Shown: positions 36,524 to 46,481, counted from the first letter of the stretch. The stretch: 49,044 nt of DNA from an uncultured Roseivirgaceae bacterium (GCA_964351175.1 CAYGNU010000001.1:1-49044); one strand, 5' to 3'. Notes: generated by a model from the sequence alone, not told the origin. Numbers and translations: made by a program.

Positions 36524-36731
36524 CTGCTTCTGTGTTTTCGTTTATCATTTTTTCTACGTAAGCGATTTTTTCCTTTATGGTGTATTTTTCACTAAAAAAT
36601 TTATCACCCATAACCATGAAATTTCCTGTTGTTTTGAGTGTTTCAAGCCTTTCTTTCCATAATACAAGGGCTCTAGATTTATTATAACTAAAGTCCATAA
36701 TTCCAAACAAGTTTATCGCCTGTATTAACAT
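36492..36731 (-). CDS. Hypothetical protein
   Basis: 79-aa ORF; start uncertain. Confidence 0.45.
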   Translation of the reverse strand: MLIQAINLFGIMDFSYNKSRALVLWKERLETLKTTGNFMVMGDKFFSEKYTIKEKIAYVEKMINENTEADVRSKQSQDS

Positions 36732-36787
36732 ACAAACAAAGTAATAATATTAAAACCGTATTAACAAGACTTTTAATAAATTTATTT

Positions 36788-37147
36788 TTAAACATATAGT
36801 TTTCTAGTGTTGTACCCCTGTTCATCGTGTATTTGTAGAAATTCCATTCTTTCATCGAAATTCAAATGCTTTGCAAAATTACCATTTTTAAACGATTCCC
36901 AATCGTTATGACATTTTCCGCAACTATAAGACCAGTTTCTTGAATCCCATATTAGCTCCGTCTTATGTAATATTTTACACATTCTTTGAGATATTGTGTG
37001 GTCATGATGTTCCCACCGGTTAACACCACAACACTCACAGAAAAAAGGTGCTTCTAAATCTGCTTCTTTGTAAGCCTTCGATAATCTGCTTTGTATAATG
37101 CTTTGAGAAACTGACGTCCCATTTGATAGGTAATTAGCGATTGACAT
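36788..37147 (-). CDS. HNH-like nuclease
   Basis: CECCG...HHDH...WDSRN...CGKCH. Confidence 0.7.
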   Translation of the reverse strand: MSIANYLSNGTSVSQSIIQSRLSKAYKEADLEAPFFCECCGVNRWEHHDHTISQRMCKILHKTELIWDSRNWSYSCGKCHNDWESFKNGNFAKHLNFDERMEFLQIHDEQGYNTRKLYV

Positions 37148-37156
37148 ATTAGCTGT

Positions 37157-37182
37157 AAAAAAAAGGGCTTAAAAGCCCTTTT
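37157..37182. terminator. Intrinsic terminator
   Basis: aaaagggct/agccctttt stem. Confidence 0.65.
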
Positions 37183-37185
37183 AAA

Positions 37186-37902
37186 TTAATCGATGTTTAC
37201 AATACTCATTATCGGAAAATTTGGCTGACCAAACCTTTTTAACTCATCTTTTAGATAAGTTTCCTTGAGCTCCTCTTGTAGTGTGTAAAGACCCTCAGAG
37301 TAAAGAAATATCTTTGTTTCAGCACTTGTGACATCAAGCCCTACTTCAACAGGAAATGATTTCTTTCCATATCCTAGATAAATAGGAAAACTCAGGTTAA
37401 AAACAGGCAAGACATTCGCTTCTTGAACTTTGCTTTCCAACAACAGTTTCGAGTTCCCGTCATTCGTGTTTTCATTGTGATATATTTTTATCACTTCTGA
37501 TTTGAATTTCTGGATAGAAACTAGTGTTTTATTGTAATCTTCTTTTGTGGCAAAAAAGAATGATTTCTTTTGAATGAATTGTCTGAAATCATTTATAGAC
37601 CACTTTTTGTCGGTGTTTATACCGAACTCGGCTGCAATTGGGTTCAATGATAACTCGCCTGTAATTGAATCTCCTTTTTCATCTTTTTCATTGAGTTCCA
37701 AGCAAATTATTCCAGATGAATTATGAACCTTTAAATGACATTCTAGTCCATGATATTTTGCCGTCTTGTGTTCAAGGAAATCGGCTGGAGCTTTTAGAGT
37801 TCCTTTAATTACGATTCTTCTTTCGGGAAATACCTCGACAGCTTTCCCTTCTCTGATTATAACCTCGTTACCATCATGATTGATGTTTACTTTAGTTTCC
37901 AC
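37186..37902 (-). CDS. Hypothetical protein
   Basis: 238 aa; EVIIREGKA N-terminus. Confidence 0.65.
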   Translation of the reverse strand: METKVNINHDGNEVIIREGKAVEVFPERRIVIKGTLKAPADFLEHKTAKYHGLECHLKVHNSSGIICLELNEKDEKGDSITGELSLNPIAAEFGINTDKKWSINDFRQFIQKKSFFFATKEDYNKTLVSIQKFKSEVIKIYHNENTNDGNSKLLLESKVQEANVLPVFNLSFPIYLGYGKKSFPVEVGLDVTSAETKIFLYSEGLYTLQEELKETYLKDELKRFGQPNFPIMSIVNID

Positions 37903-38317
37903 TTGCTGCTCTTTCGAAATTTACGTGCATTGTTCCAAGTTCCTCAGGTAGTGCTCGACGGCTTGACACTAAATTGCCGTCGATATCATAATACCCTGCC
38001 ATTTTTGATTCCCTGTCAATTATAACAAAGACCTCACCTTCCATCTCTATACTCCTTGTTCTGATGGCTTTCATGTGTTCTTTGATTTTAGCAGACAAAG
38101 GATTTAACCTAGCTTTGAATTCTTCTTTTACTTCTTCAAGCTCTTGCTCTGTTGCGTCCTTCCTGATTACGGTGTTTCCTAGTTCCTTGTAATGGAAGTC
38201 AATTTCATCTTCGTTCAATGGCTTTGAGTAGATACTAGTATCTGTCTTTATAGCCATCTCGCGAATAATTTCAGACCTTCTTTCTGAAGGTACGTCTTCA
38301 AATAATCTTTGATCCAT
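37892..38317 (-). CDS. Hypothetical coiled-coil protein
   Basis: 141 aa; GYYDIDGNLVSSRRALPEE. Confidence 0.65.
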   Translation of the reverse strand: MDQRLFEDVPSERRSEIIREMAIKTDTSIYSKPLNEDEIDFHYKELGNTVIRKDATEQELEEVKEEFKARLNPLSAKIKEHMKAIRTRSIEMEGEVFVIIDRESKMAGYYDIDGNLVSSRRALPEELGTMHVNFERAASGN

Positions 38318-38327
38318 GTTTAATATA

Positions 38328-38606
38328 TTAAGAGTTAAATAAATCCGATTGTTTTTCTTCTTTTTCAGGCAATAACAGAATATCGAAATCTGATTCTAAC
38401 CTTTTTGACTGTTCTAAAACACTTTGTCTTCTACTTTTGAAATATTCCTTTTGCATTTCCCTCATTCTTCTTCCTTTAGCAATTATTAAAGCTGCCTTTT
38501 TATGAGATTCTTTGAATGCTTCTATGATAATTTCTTCGGCTTGTGTTTTATTTAAGCTGCCTAATTCAAATTCTTTTAGGGTTGTTTTTAATGTATCTGC
38601 GAACAT
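38328..38606 (-). CDS. Hypothetical protein
   Basis: MREMQKEYFKSR...SKRLESDFD. Confidence 0.6.
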   Translation of the reverse strand: MFADTLKTTLKEFELGSLNKTQAEEIIIEAFKESHKKAALIIAKGRRMREMQKEYFKSRRQSVLEQSKRLESDFDILLLPEKEEKQSDLFNS

Positions 38607-38940
38607 TTTTATTATCTATTAATGCAATTTTAATTTCATACTCGTTCTGAACAGCCAATATTTTCATCCTTGATGTTTGTGTCAATACCCCTTTAGTATC
38701 GACATATTCTGTTCGATTATGATAATTAACCTTAAAATCTAACAAGTAAGTAAATAATAAAAATCCCTTATTACTAAAAATCTTGTAAGGAACTTGATAC
38801 TCTACATTTAAAACACGATTATCAATGCTTGATGACTTTCGTAACAAATCCAACGTTCTAGAATATGATGCTTCAAGATTGCTATCATACTTTCTTCCGT
38901 TGTATTCTGTTTTTCGATTCTTATACTTGCTTTTCACCAT
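38566..38940 (-). CDS. DUF1064-like PD-(D/E)XK endonuclease
   Basis: KYKNRKTEYNGRKYDSNLEA...YLLDF...VDTKG. Confidence 0.8.
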   Translation of the reverse strand: MVKSKYKNRKTEYNGRKYDSNLEASYSRTLDLLRKSSSIDNRVLNVEYQVPYKIFSNKGFLLFTYLLDFKVNYHNRTEYVDTKGVLTQTSRMKILAVQNEYEIKIALIDNKNVRRYIKNNPKRI

Positions 38941-39205
38941 TTATTCCTCTTTTTATAAGGTAGTGAAGCTCTGTTTCGTTTTCTTTTTCGAAGTTTTTTA
39001 AAAGGCCGGTTTGCAAAGTAGTCATTCTCTTTGATAAAGCTTCCATGTCTTTTTTCACACGTTCAATTTCTGCCATTAACAAGATATTTCCGATACTTCT
39101 TTTTAGTTGTTCGGATTTTTGTGATAGCACCTGATGGAGGTGTAAATAGTTATTCGAAAGATAACTGTATTCCAATAACTGTTCAATTTTTTCTAGTTGT
39201 GTCAT
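38921..39205 (-). CDS. Hypothetical protein
   Basis: 94-aa coiled-coil ORF. Confidence 0.5.
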   Translation of the reverse strand: MTQLEKIEQLLEYSYLSNNYLHLHQVLSQKSEQLKRSIGNILLMAEIERVKKDMEALSKRMTTLQTGLLKNFEKENETELHYLIKRGINGEKQV

Positions 39206-39681
39206 AATCCATTATTTATCATTTCAATTAAATGCTCTTCTGGAATTTCGTTTGGCTTTGGAATATACATTCCTTTTTCAGAAGCCCAAACAATAATTCT
39301 ATCTAGATACTCGGTAAAATCTTTCGTCGACATTAATTTGGTTGGTCTAGACAGCTCCTGAACCTTCAAACTAATTTCATTTAAAACTAATAATCCGGCC
39401 TGTGTTACTGCCATATTTTTTTCAACATGGAACTCAGTTTTCAGAGCAAATCTATGTTTAAAATACTCATGAAGCTCCTCGGGGTTTATTCCCGTCTCTT
39501 TACTTATTACAAATAAAACGACACCCCAATAATATCTATTCTGAGGCATACTGCGATTCTTCCTTTTTGAACAGATGTAAACATTATATTCACCGGATTG
39601 CAATACATTCAAAATATAATCAGTAAGTTTTCCAAGTTGGCTCGGAAGGCTTAATGATTTGAAACTCTTACTAACTGCCAT
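39202..39681 (-). CDS. NinB/Orf-like recombination protein
   Basis: RSMPQNRYYWG...ELHEYFK...TKLMSTKDFTEYLDRI...GMYIP. Confidence 0.75.
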   Translation of the reverse strand: MAVSKSFKSLSLPSQLGKLTDYILNVLQSGEYNVYICSKRKNRSMPQNRYYWGVVLFVISKETGINPEELHEYFKHRFALKTEFHVEKNMAVTQAGLLVLNEISLKVQELSRPTKLMSTKDFTEYLDRIIVWASEKGMYIPKPNEIPEEHLIEMINNGL

Positions 39682-40579
39682 AAATACTCATATTAACATT
39701 TGATATAAATTGTTGGCAAATTTTAAGTTCTTCATCTGTTGGGATTTGGTCTTTATTTATTTTCGCCCTGCTCGCTACGAGTCGCTCGTGTGTCGCCTTT
39801 CTTTTGATGGCCTCTTGCTCATTAGGTGGTAAACAATTAAAAAGGCTGACACGGGCTTGTTTTTGCTTTCTTAGTTCTTCAAGATAACGTTCGTTATCAA
39901 TACGCTTTTCCTCTTCTTGAAAAAATTTCTTCCTTGCTTCTTCTGCCTGTTGTTCTTGCTGATGTTTTAACCCATCTTCATAAAACTTTTTAGAATTAAA
40001 TTTACCGTTCTCATTGTATTGAGTATTATCGATTAAATCATGGTCTTTCTGCTTTTGAAGTTGCTTGTTTTGGTTACTGATATAATCTAATTTTTGCAGG
40101 CTTGTATCATAAGCAGTTAGAAAATCGATTATAACATCTCCAGTCAAACGGTCATAAACTTTGCCGTATTTTCCGAGCTTTACTTGGTTAAAGCAGTATG
40201 CAATTTCTTCGATTCTTAAATGCCAAAATGTTTTCGATATTATAGAAATGACCTGCTCGTAATCATACGTCCCCTCTAGAGTTCTTTTACATTTAAAAAA
40301 ATTGACTAAATCGTGTAAAAGCAATTTCATGAAATCGACATACTGTTTTTGATTTTGACTTCTAAGTGCTGACACCTGAAGCCCTTCGCTCATTGCAGTA
40401 TTAAAATCTATTTTGTTCACAAAGAAACTCACGACAGATAGTTTATCAGAAAAAACGTCTTGAGATTGATAACCTTTTGCAAGGCTTTCTTCCTCACGTT
40501 TAGATAAGACCTGTAATAGCTGACCTGCTGGTGTCGTTGAATTTATTGATACTGCCTGATTTGCTTTTTCTAATTTCAT
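39671..40579 (-). CDS. Replication-associated protein (possible helicase loader)
   Basis: Directly after the initiator; LRIEEIAYCF....GKYGKVYDRL; start uncertain. Confidence 0.5.
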   Translation of the reverse strand: MKLEKANQAVSINSTTPAGQLLQVLSKREEESLAKGYQSQDVFSDKLSVVSFFVNKIDFNTAMSEGLQVSALRSQNQKQYVDFMKLLLHDLVNFFKCKRTLEGTYDYEQVISIISKTFWHLRIEEIAYCFNQVKLGKYGKVYDRLTGDVIIDFLTAYDTSLQKLDYISNQNKQLQKQKDHDLIDNTQYNENGKFNSKKFYEDGLKHQQEQQAEEARKKFFQEEEKRIDNERYLEELRKQKQARVSLFNCLPPNEQEAIKRKATHERLVASRAKINKDQIPTDEELKICQQFISNVNMSIYGS

Positions 40580-41228
40580 CTTCAAATACTCTTCTGTAAA
40601 TATAATGATGTGGTCTTGTGATGTAGTTTGGATCATTGCTTGCAGCATATTCAGGATAATGAACCATGATGTGCTCTTTTTCCTTCTGCGACAGCTTTGA
40701 GCCGTCCTTTAATTTTTTCTTTCCAAACCAATATTCTTTCGCTTCTGCTTTACCTGTTTTATGTATAGTTAAAGACCAGAAGTCGTCAAACGTAGGCCAA
40801 AAATCAAGGACGTTATCAGTGCTTTCTCTTTTCTTTTTAGATAGGTTATAGAGATTAGTATTATTGGGTAAAGTTTCTTTACTCCCCTCTGGTAAAGTTT
40901 CTTTACTCCCCTCTAGTAAAGTTTCTTTACCGAGGGAGTAAAGTTTCTTTACCCCCGATAAAGAACTATACTCAACAAAAGTCACTCTATTAACTTCGTT
41001 TACATACCTAATAATCAATCCTGATTCGACTAGTCTTTTTAGGTTGTCTATTATAGTCGGCCTGCTTTTTCCAGTTGCTTTTTCTAAATATCTTAGACCA
41101 CCGGTGTATCTGCTTTCGCCATCCTGAGAAAAGCCGTGTATAATTGAAAACAAAATCAATTCTGTTCCAGAAAGATTGAGTTTATTAATCATCCAACCTT
41201 TAATGACAATGTAATTATCGTCATTCAT
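40500..41228 (-). CDS. Replication initiator (N-terminal HTH, lambda O-like layout)
   Basis: YIVIKGWMINKLNLSGTELILFSIIHGFSQDG HTH; internal iterons; C-terminal FDDFW...K..A...W. Confidence 0.8.
   Translation of the reverse strand: MNDDNYIVIKGWMINKLNLSGTELILFSIIHGFSQDGESRYTGGLRYLEKATGKSRPTIIDNLKRLVESGLIIRYVNEVNRVTFVEYSSLSGVKKLYSLGKETLLEGSKETLPEGSKETLPNNTNLYNLSKKKRESTDNVLDFWPTFDDFWSLTIHKTGKAEAKEYWFGKKKLKDGSKLSQKEKEHIMVHYPEYAASNDPNYITRPHHYIYRRVFEDEIRKSKSGSINKFNDTSRSAITGLI
40868..40952. repeat. Four 15-bp iterons GTAAAGTTTCTTTAC (putative origin)
   Basis: Copies start at 40868, 40892, 40916 and 40938; each has a GTAAAG/CTTTAC dyad. Confidence 0.85.
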
Positions 41229-41288
41229 ATTTTTATTGATTTAGCGATGTTTAGATAAGGAATACTGTCTAAACAATAAACAATTATT

Positions 41289-42305
41289 TCACAATCCTTC
41301 ATAATACGTGTTCTTTGGAATTATTTCATCAAAATGATTTTTGATTTCTTTTGGCTTGCCTTTATAAAATATCAAGACATTCTGATGTCTCCTTCCAACT
41401 TTTCTCCCTGAATTCATTGATTTACCTGCTCTCATTGGCAAAGTTCCGACGCTGTTTAGCAGGATAATATCGTTGTAATAAATAAAACCGGCCTTTTCCA
41501 TTATCTCAACAGTACGAGGAATAAAAGAAACATAACCTCCATCGCTATCACGTACCTCACTTATAACCAAAGCCGCGAATCTGTTGTTTTTTAAGGCTTT
41601 GAAAGATTTATTCATAATATCACCAAACACCTCATAAAATCCTTCTTTATCCATTGTCGAAAGATCTTGAGGGTCATCGCTGTAAACCTCGAGCCATAAA
41701 TAAGGAGGACAGGTCATTATATAATCAACCGAATTATCAGCGAAATCTTCATTTATATGAACGCTGCTTTTATGGATGTAATTAGGAATGATATCAGTTA
41801 GATGTTCGCTTGATTTTACTTTTTCAACATTTGAATCGACCTGCTCTTTTCTGATTTCATATCCAGAGTATTCCCTTTCCAGATAAGCACTAATAAAACC
41901 ACGTGTCACACTACCTGCAAACGGGTCTAAAACCTTGTGTCCTTTGTTACTAAACCATTTTATTAACAGCTCAGTCAAAGCACTATCAAAGATTGAAACA
42001 CTTTTTAAGCCTGCTTTAAAGTGGTGCTCATAGTACTCTTCTTTTGTGAGTTTTTTACCAATCTTAGCCTCGATTTTTGCCTTGTTTTTATGGTAGTTGT
42101 AATCGTGATCATTAGCATTTTTAAACAAAGTTCCTTCCCTTGTTTCGCCTGTATCTTTTGTCATCAAGTCCCACTTCTTTTTCCGAGCCCTCCATTCGGT
42201 TGTCGTTGTATCGATAACACTAAACGGAGCGACAAGAAAAAAATCTGACATTGTTCTCGCTGACTCGACAGTTACTTTGCCGAAAATATCTATTTGGTCA
42301 CCCAT
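41289..42305 (-). CDS. DNA amino-methyltransferase (N4-C/N6-A type)
   Basis: Motif I VLDPFAGS precedes motif IV TCPPY; no cognate nuclease seen. Confidence 0.85.
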   Translation of the reverse strand: MGDQIDIFGKVTVESARTMSDFFLVAPFSVIDTTTTEWRARKKKWDLMTKDTGETREGTLFKNANDHDYNYHKNKAKIEAKIGKKLTKEEYYEHHFKAGLKSVSIFDSALTELLIKWFSNKGHKVLDPFAGSVTRGFISAYLEREYSGYEIRKEQVDSNVEKVKSSEHLTDIIPNYIHKSSVHINEDFADNSVDYIMTCPPYLWLEVYSDDPQDLSTMDKEGFYEVFGDIMNKSFKALKNNRFAALVISEVRDSDGGYVSFIPRTVEIMEKAGFIYYNDIILLNSVGTLPMRAGKSMNSGRKVGRRHQNVLIFYKGKPKEIKNHFDEIIPKNTYYEGL

Positions 42306-42784
42306 CTGGCTGAATATTTTGAAATTCCTACAATCATTTTCAATCTCTTAACATCTGAACAATGTTTTGACATAAAAGCCATAAGTGTCTCATCCTCTAG
42401 ATGGCTTAAAATCCTGTTTTCTGTGTACTTTGTGCAAATAACAGCCCCATTCGATTTCACTTCAACTTCATCAAATTTTACTTTTAAGAAATCTGATATT
42501 TCATTTTGTTGTTCGGGTTTTAAGTTTGGAACAACGCTGTAAAAAATGAAAAAGTCGTAATTTTTCTTCTGAGCCTGAGTAAGATGTTTTTCTTGAACTA
42601 TTTCAAAGCCCAAATTAATTAATCTCGCCTTGCAGCTTTTAACATCTTCATCGGTGAACCTTGCAGGCATTTTAATTCCTGCTGTCGCATCAGAGCCAAC
42701 AGCAAAAACAACATCAGAACCGTAATATCTACTCAGTAAAGAGATTATATCTTCTTTGCTGTGTCTTGAAAGAATAGTTTCCAT
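42290..42784 (-). CDS. Hypothetical protein
   Basis: 164-aa ORF. Confidence 0.55.
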   Translation of the reverse strand: METILSRHSKEDIISLLSRYYGSDVVFAVGSDATAGIKMPARFTDEDVKSCKARLINLGFEIVQEKHLTQAQKKNYDFFIFYSVVPNLKPEQQNEISDFLKVKFDEVEVKSNGAVICTKYTENRILSHLEDETLMAFMSKHCSDVKRLKMIVGISKYSARWVTK

Positions 42785-42850
42785 AATTTTTTACCTTTTA
42801 ATTATAAAGCAATATACATATTTTTAAATAAAAACTTTATTTATTTTTAT

Positions 42851-43285
42851 TTAAAAAGGTAAATCATCAGCTTCATCTTCTGTTGAAGTTGCTGCCTGCG
42901 TTGCTGCTTGATATCCTTCGTATCCCTCCGTTGGTGGTGGTGGTGGATTGTTGCTAGAACCCGATTTAGAACCAATTAACTCAAGCGATTCAACGATTAC
43001 TTCAGTTGTCCATCTTGTGATTCCGTCTTTTTCCCAACTTCTATGTTCCGTTCGGCCTGATAGGTAAATTTTATCGCCTTTTTTGACATACTTTTCAATC
43101 ACATCAGCATATCCTCCCCACGCGACAATATTATGCCATGTCGTTTTCTCTTTCTTTTCGCCTGTGGCCTTATCTTTCCATCGTTGCTGAGTTGCAACAC
43201 TGAAAGTCACCACTTTGTTTCCTCCCTCAAGTGTTCTAACTTCGGGTTCTTTGCCTACGTTTCCGAGTAATTTTTGTTCGTTCAT
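42851..43285 (-). CDS. ssb: Single-stranded DNA-binding protein
   Basis: LLGNVGKEPEVR...TTWHNIVAW...KGDKIY; acidic tail DDLPF. Confidence 0.95.
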   Translation of the reverse strand: MNEQKLLGNVGKEPEVRTLEGGNKVVTFSVATQQRWKDKATGEKKEKTTWHNIVAWGGYADVIEKYVKKGDKIYLSGRTEHRSWEKDGITRWTTEVIVESLELIGSKSGSSNNPPPPPTEGYEGYQAATQAATSTEDEADDLPF

Positions 43286-43677
43286 TTCGTTTCTATTAAT
43301 AGTATTTTACAAAGCTTTTTAATTTTTGGGGTTAGATAAACCCTTTCTTTATTGTGTTTCTCTCCACCCCGTTTTCCGTTTATGACATTGCTTATCCAAG
43401 ACAATGAAAACTCAGGATATCGCTCATGGAATGACGTTGCGTTTTTGAAATTAGAGTATATTTTAACTCTAATCAAATCGCTTAACTCAGGCGTCAATTC
43501 CCTTCCCTTTATTGGCTTGTTTTCGGTTTTTTTGATTAAATCGTGTAAATCATCGATGTTACTTTCGTTTTTCAATGAGTTATGAAAATCAATTGTATCC
43601 CTTCCAATAAGCCGAGCGAACCGGCTTATACTGCCATATTTATCCCGTATGACTTTTTTTAATTCAGTGCTATTCAT
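43282..43677 (-). CDS. Putative DNA-binding protein (two HTH-like units)
   Basis: KYGSISRFARLIG; SLSWISNVINGKR. Confidence 0.55.
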   Translation of the reverse strand: MNSTELKKVIRDKYGSISRFARLIGRDTIDFHNSLKNESNIDDLHDLIKKTENKPIKGRELTPELSDLIRVKIYSNFKNATSFHERYPEFSLSWISNVINGKRGGEKHNKERVYLTPKIKKLCKILLIETK

Positions 43678-44410
43678 GAGCTTTCAGTGTTTTGATTTTA
43701 TCGTCCGTGATTATTCCTAATCTTTTAATTTCTTCGATTCCACCGTTAAGGTAATAATTCTTTAATATCTCAAGATTATCAGAACCCATATTTGCGATGA
43801 GGTTAACGACAGGAAATTTGTTCTTGCTTTCAGGTTTTTGGCTTATTACTTTTTCAACAACTAAATCGAAAGGAATATTAATGATAGTTCCTGCCATTTT
43901 TTGAACGCTGTCAAATGTGTCTCTGATTTGAGGAATACTGCTTTTATCGCCTTTTGTTGTAAATTCAAACATTCCGAAAACCCCTTTAATAGCAGGTATT
44001 ATGAACCTAATGGTCAGGATTACTTCCCATTTACCAGATGATTTCATTTTATCTCGGTCTTTTACAGCATCTACAAGGCTGTAATCTTTTCCGTCCCAAA
44101 GATACCAACCCGTTTCATCTCCTTTACCTGTTAATCTACCTTGAGAATCCCTGCACTCCCATCTTTCATCGCAACTATCAGTAAATTCATCGCTGACAAA
44201 AACTATTTGAATTTTTTTAGGTGTCTCACCGTATGCATCTTCAAAGAATTTTTGATACTTACTATCACATCGAAAATAATCAAGACTCACGGGGTATTCT
44301 TTTCCGTTGGCGTTTCTTCTTTTCTCCCCGACCTTTATTTTACCGATACGGGGCAATTTCAGCCCCGTGTCAGTAATATCTCTTTTAATCCGCCCTGTTA
44401 GCTTTCTCAT
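43670..44410 (-). CDS. Recombination-directionality-factor-like / putative recombination protein
   Basis: LPRIGKIKVGEK...YPVSLDYF...IPFDL; sits between exonuclease and ssb. Confidence 0.6.
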   Translation of the reverse strand: MRKLTGRIKRDITDTGLKLPRIGKIKVGEKRRNANGKEYPVSLDYFRCDSKYQKFFEDAYGETPKKIQIVFVSDEFTDSCDERWECRDSQGRLTGKGDETGWYLWDGKDYSLVDAVKDRDKMKSSGKWEVILTIRFIIPAIKGVFGMFEFTTKGDKSSIPQIRDTFDSVQKMAGTIINIPFDLVVEKVISQKPESKNKFPVVNLIANMGSDNLEILKNYYLNGGIEEIKRLGIITDDKIKTLKAHE

Positions 44411-45401
44411 TTTTGTTTTTGATAAATTGGCTTAATTCTATTTTATCGTAAAACTGCTCAATCCCATTTTCATCGGTTATAGCATCCAAATCAATGATCC
44501 CCTCTCCGATAGTTAGAATTCTGTTCATTCTTTTTGACATCTCAATTTTACCAATTGCAGCCAAAAAAGGAAGCTTTTGAATATTTACTGAGTTTGTTTG
44601 GTCTTTAAGATGAAAGGTTGGTTCTGTCTTCCAATCAGTAGGCGAGAAATTGTACATCGCATCAACATGAACACCGAATGTTTCTTTTATCATTTTTGTG
44701 TATGCTGCCAACTGGATCTCGTGCTCTTCATAAAAGCCTTTTTTTCCTGATTTATAATCAACGACGGCTCTTATTGTTACCCAATCTTTCGAAAGTTTTG
44801 GGTCGCCTATTTTACCATATTTCGAATTCGATTTATATGTTTCACCGTGATATCCTTCTTGTAAAACTTGCATCTCGCAATATAAATCAATCGCTCCGGC
44901 TGTATCATACTCATCATCACACAATACCACCTCAATAGCTAGAGGCTTGACTTTATGGGTGTGTACAAAAGAAACAAACGACAGGAAGTCTTTTTTTATC
45001 TCGTTGCTCCAAGATTCGAAAAGCGACATATTTACGTTTTCATCTTGCATATAAACGGACAACTCTTCAATCATTGCAGACAAATCGATTTTCCTGTTTA
45101 TCAAGAGATTTGTGAATTGTGTGTGCATGAAAGTTCCATATAATGCTCGTTCTCTTGCATAAGCTTGAGATTCTTCTTTCCCCATACTTATCATCCAATC
45201 GATTAGACCTTGACCTGTCGGGGTTGTTGAAGAAATCATATTCGTGACACTCATGTAGAATTTAATTTCCCCATCTATTTCACGATAATAAAATCGGCCT
45301 CCTTGATGATTGTTTAGCCGGTAAAGCTGATAATTAGGTGTTACTAAAGCATCCTCATCGAAATAAAGGGCTTTGCATTCTTCTAATGTTAATTTTTCCA
45401 T
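44385..45401 (-). CDS. PD-(D/E)XK exonuclease
   Basis: SVT...GTFMH...E...AGAIDL...VDYKSG...QLAAY. Confidence 0.85.
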   Translation of the reverse strand: MEKLTLEECKALYFDEDALVTPNYQLYRLNNHQGGRFYYREIDGEIKFYMSVTNMISSTTPTGQGLIDWMISMGKEESQAYARERALYGTFMHTQFTNLLINRKIDLSAMIEELSVYMQDENVNMSLFESWSNEIKKDFLSFVSFVHTHKVKPLAIEVVLCDDEYDTAGAIDLYCEMQVLQEGYHGETYKSNSKYGKIGDPKLSKDWVTIRAVVDYKSGKKGFYEEHEIQLAAYTKMIKETFGVHVDAMYNFSPTDWKTEPTFHLKDQTNSVNIQKLPFLAAIGKIEMSKRMNRILTIGEGIIDLDAITDENGIEQFYDKIELSQFIKNKNEKANRAD

Positions 45402-45438
45402 TTTGCTTGCTTTTTTAGTGTTAAAGCTAAATTAAACA

Positions 45439-45471
45439 AAATAGCTAACATTATAATAATGTTAGCTATTT
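45439..45471. promoter_or_regulatory. 15-bp perfect inverted repeat (terminator or operator) beside a TAGCTTTA promoter-like element
   Basis: aaatagctaacatta-taa-taatgttagctattt. Confidence 0.55.
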
Positions 45472-45497
45472 ATTTTTTAATAAAGTTGTAATAAAAA

Positions 45498-46346
45498 TTA
45501 GTTTCTTAAAACCTGAGCTTCTATTGTTTCAAAAACTCTTGCATCCATTTTCCTTCTTTCCTCTATTGACTTACTATTTACTTCGTTGTCAAAAATAAGC
45601 GAATTTATGGCGTTATAAACCAACCACTCGTTCGGTTCTGTTTTTAAAAGTTTGGCCTCATAGTTAACCAAACCCTCAGCAACAGAAACAAGCTTCTTAT
45701 CAAAAACACCTGTCACGCTAATAACCTCGAGGATTCTTTCGTTAAGTTTTTCAACTTTAGTATCGAAAAGAACTTCATATTTTTTGGAGGCTGTTTTAAA
45801 TACATCTCCATCTAAAAGCTCTTTCATAAATATTTTGAAATCAGAAAAGCTTTTTTGCATATTTTCAAAACTGTGTTTCCTTGAAATACTCACAGAAGAA
45901 TAACCGGCTTTTTTCAGCTCTTTTTCGCTTATTGGCATGGTTAACCCGTTTGAGCAAACCAAACGATGAAACCCTAACTCCATTTTGAATTTTAAGCTGC
46001 TGTCGTAGCTGTGTTCTACGTGTATTTGAGGCACTATTTTATCAGTACCTCCACCAATGGTCAACCCTTCTAAATTAAGGTTGTAGTCAGCATAGAAACG
46101 GGTGAAATTTCTGTGTGAGTAACAGGCTGTGAACTCAACACCCATATCATTCAACATATTTTCTATCTCAGGAAATACAAGCTTGTTATTTATAAGCTCG
46201 TAATTCTGTGAGCAAAGGTTCAATAAATGAGGAACCCCATCTATTTCGCCTATCACAACAGCGTTTCTTCCTGCTGTTCCACCGTAACCGATTTCAGTTG
46301 TTGATTTCTTTTCAACGTCAAATAAAATTGTTTCAATTTTGCACAT
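45498..46346 (-). CDS. DUF932-family protein
   Basis: SQNYELINN, HSYDSS, RLVCSNGL, WLVYNA. Confidence 0.8.
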   Translation of the reverse strand: MCKIETILFDVEKKSTTEIGYGGTAGRNAVVIGEIDGVPHLLNLCSQNYELINNKLVFPEIENMLNDMGVEFTACYSHRNFTRFYADYNLNLEGLTIGGGTDKIVPQIHVEHSYDSSLKFKMELGFHRLVCSNGLTMPISEKELKKAGYSSVSISRKHSFENMQKSFSDFKIFMKELLDGDVFKTASKKYEVLFDTKVEKLNERILEVISVTGVFDKKLVSVAEGLVNYEAKLLKTEPNEWLVYNAINSLIFDNEVNSKSIEERRKMDARVFETIEAQVLRN

Positions 46347-46356
46347 GATTTTTTAG

Positions 46357-46379
46357 TTTTGTTTCGTTCAGTAAAAGTA
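46357..46379 (-). promoter_or_regulatory. 23-bp promoter/leader repeat, copy 1
   Basis: ttttgtttcgttcagtaaaagta, identical at 47372-47394; contains TACTTTTA on the minus strand. Confidence 0.65.
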
Positions 46380-46453
46380 ATATTAATTATTAATTATACA
46401 ATATATTCAGCAAAATATTTCTTTAATTATTTTTATTTTAAACTATAAGGAAT

Positions 46454-46481
46454 AAAAAAAGCCTGTTTTTAGCAGGCTTTT
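46454..46481. terminator. Intrinsic terminator
   Basis: aaaagcctg/caggctttt stem. Confidence 0.65.

Noticed and set aside
44385-45401. Cas4/CRISPR-associated system
   Set aside because: No Fe-S cysteine set, no other cas genes and no array; it is an ordinary phage exonuclease.
45439-45471. Isolated attC site (GCTAAC...GTTAGC)
   Set aside because: Only 11 nt between the cores and a perfect stem, leaving no room for L boxes. Better explained as a terminator or operator.
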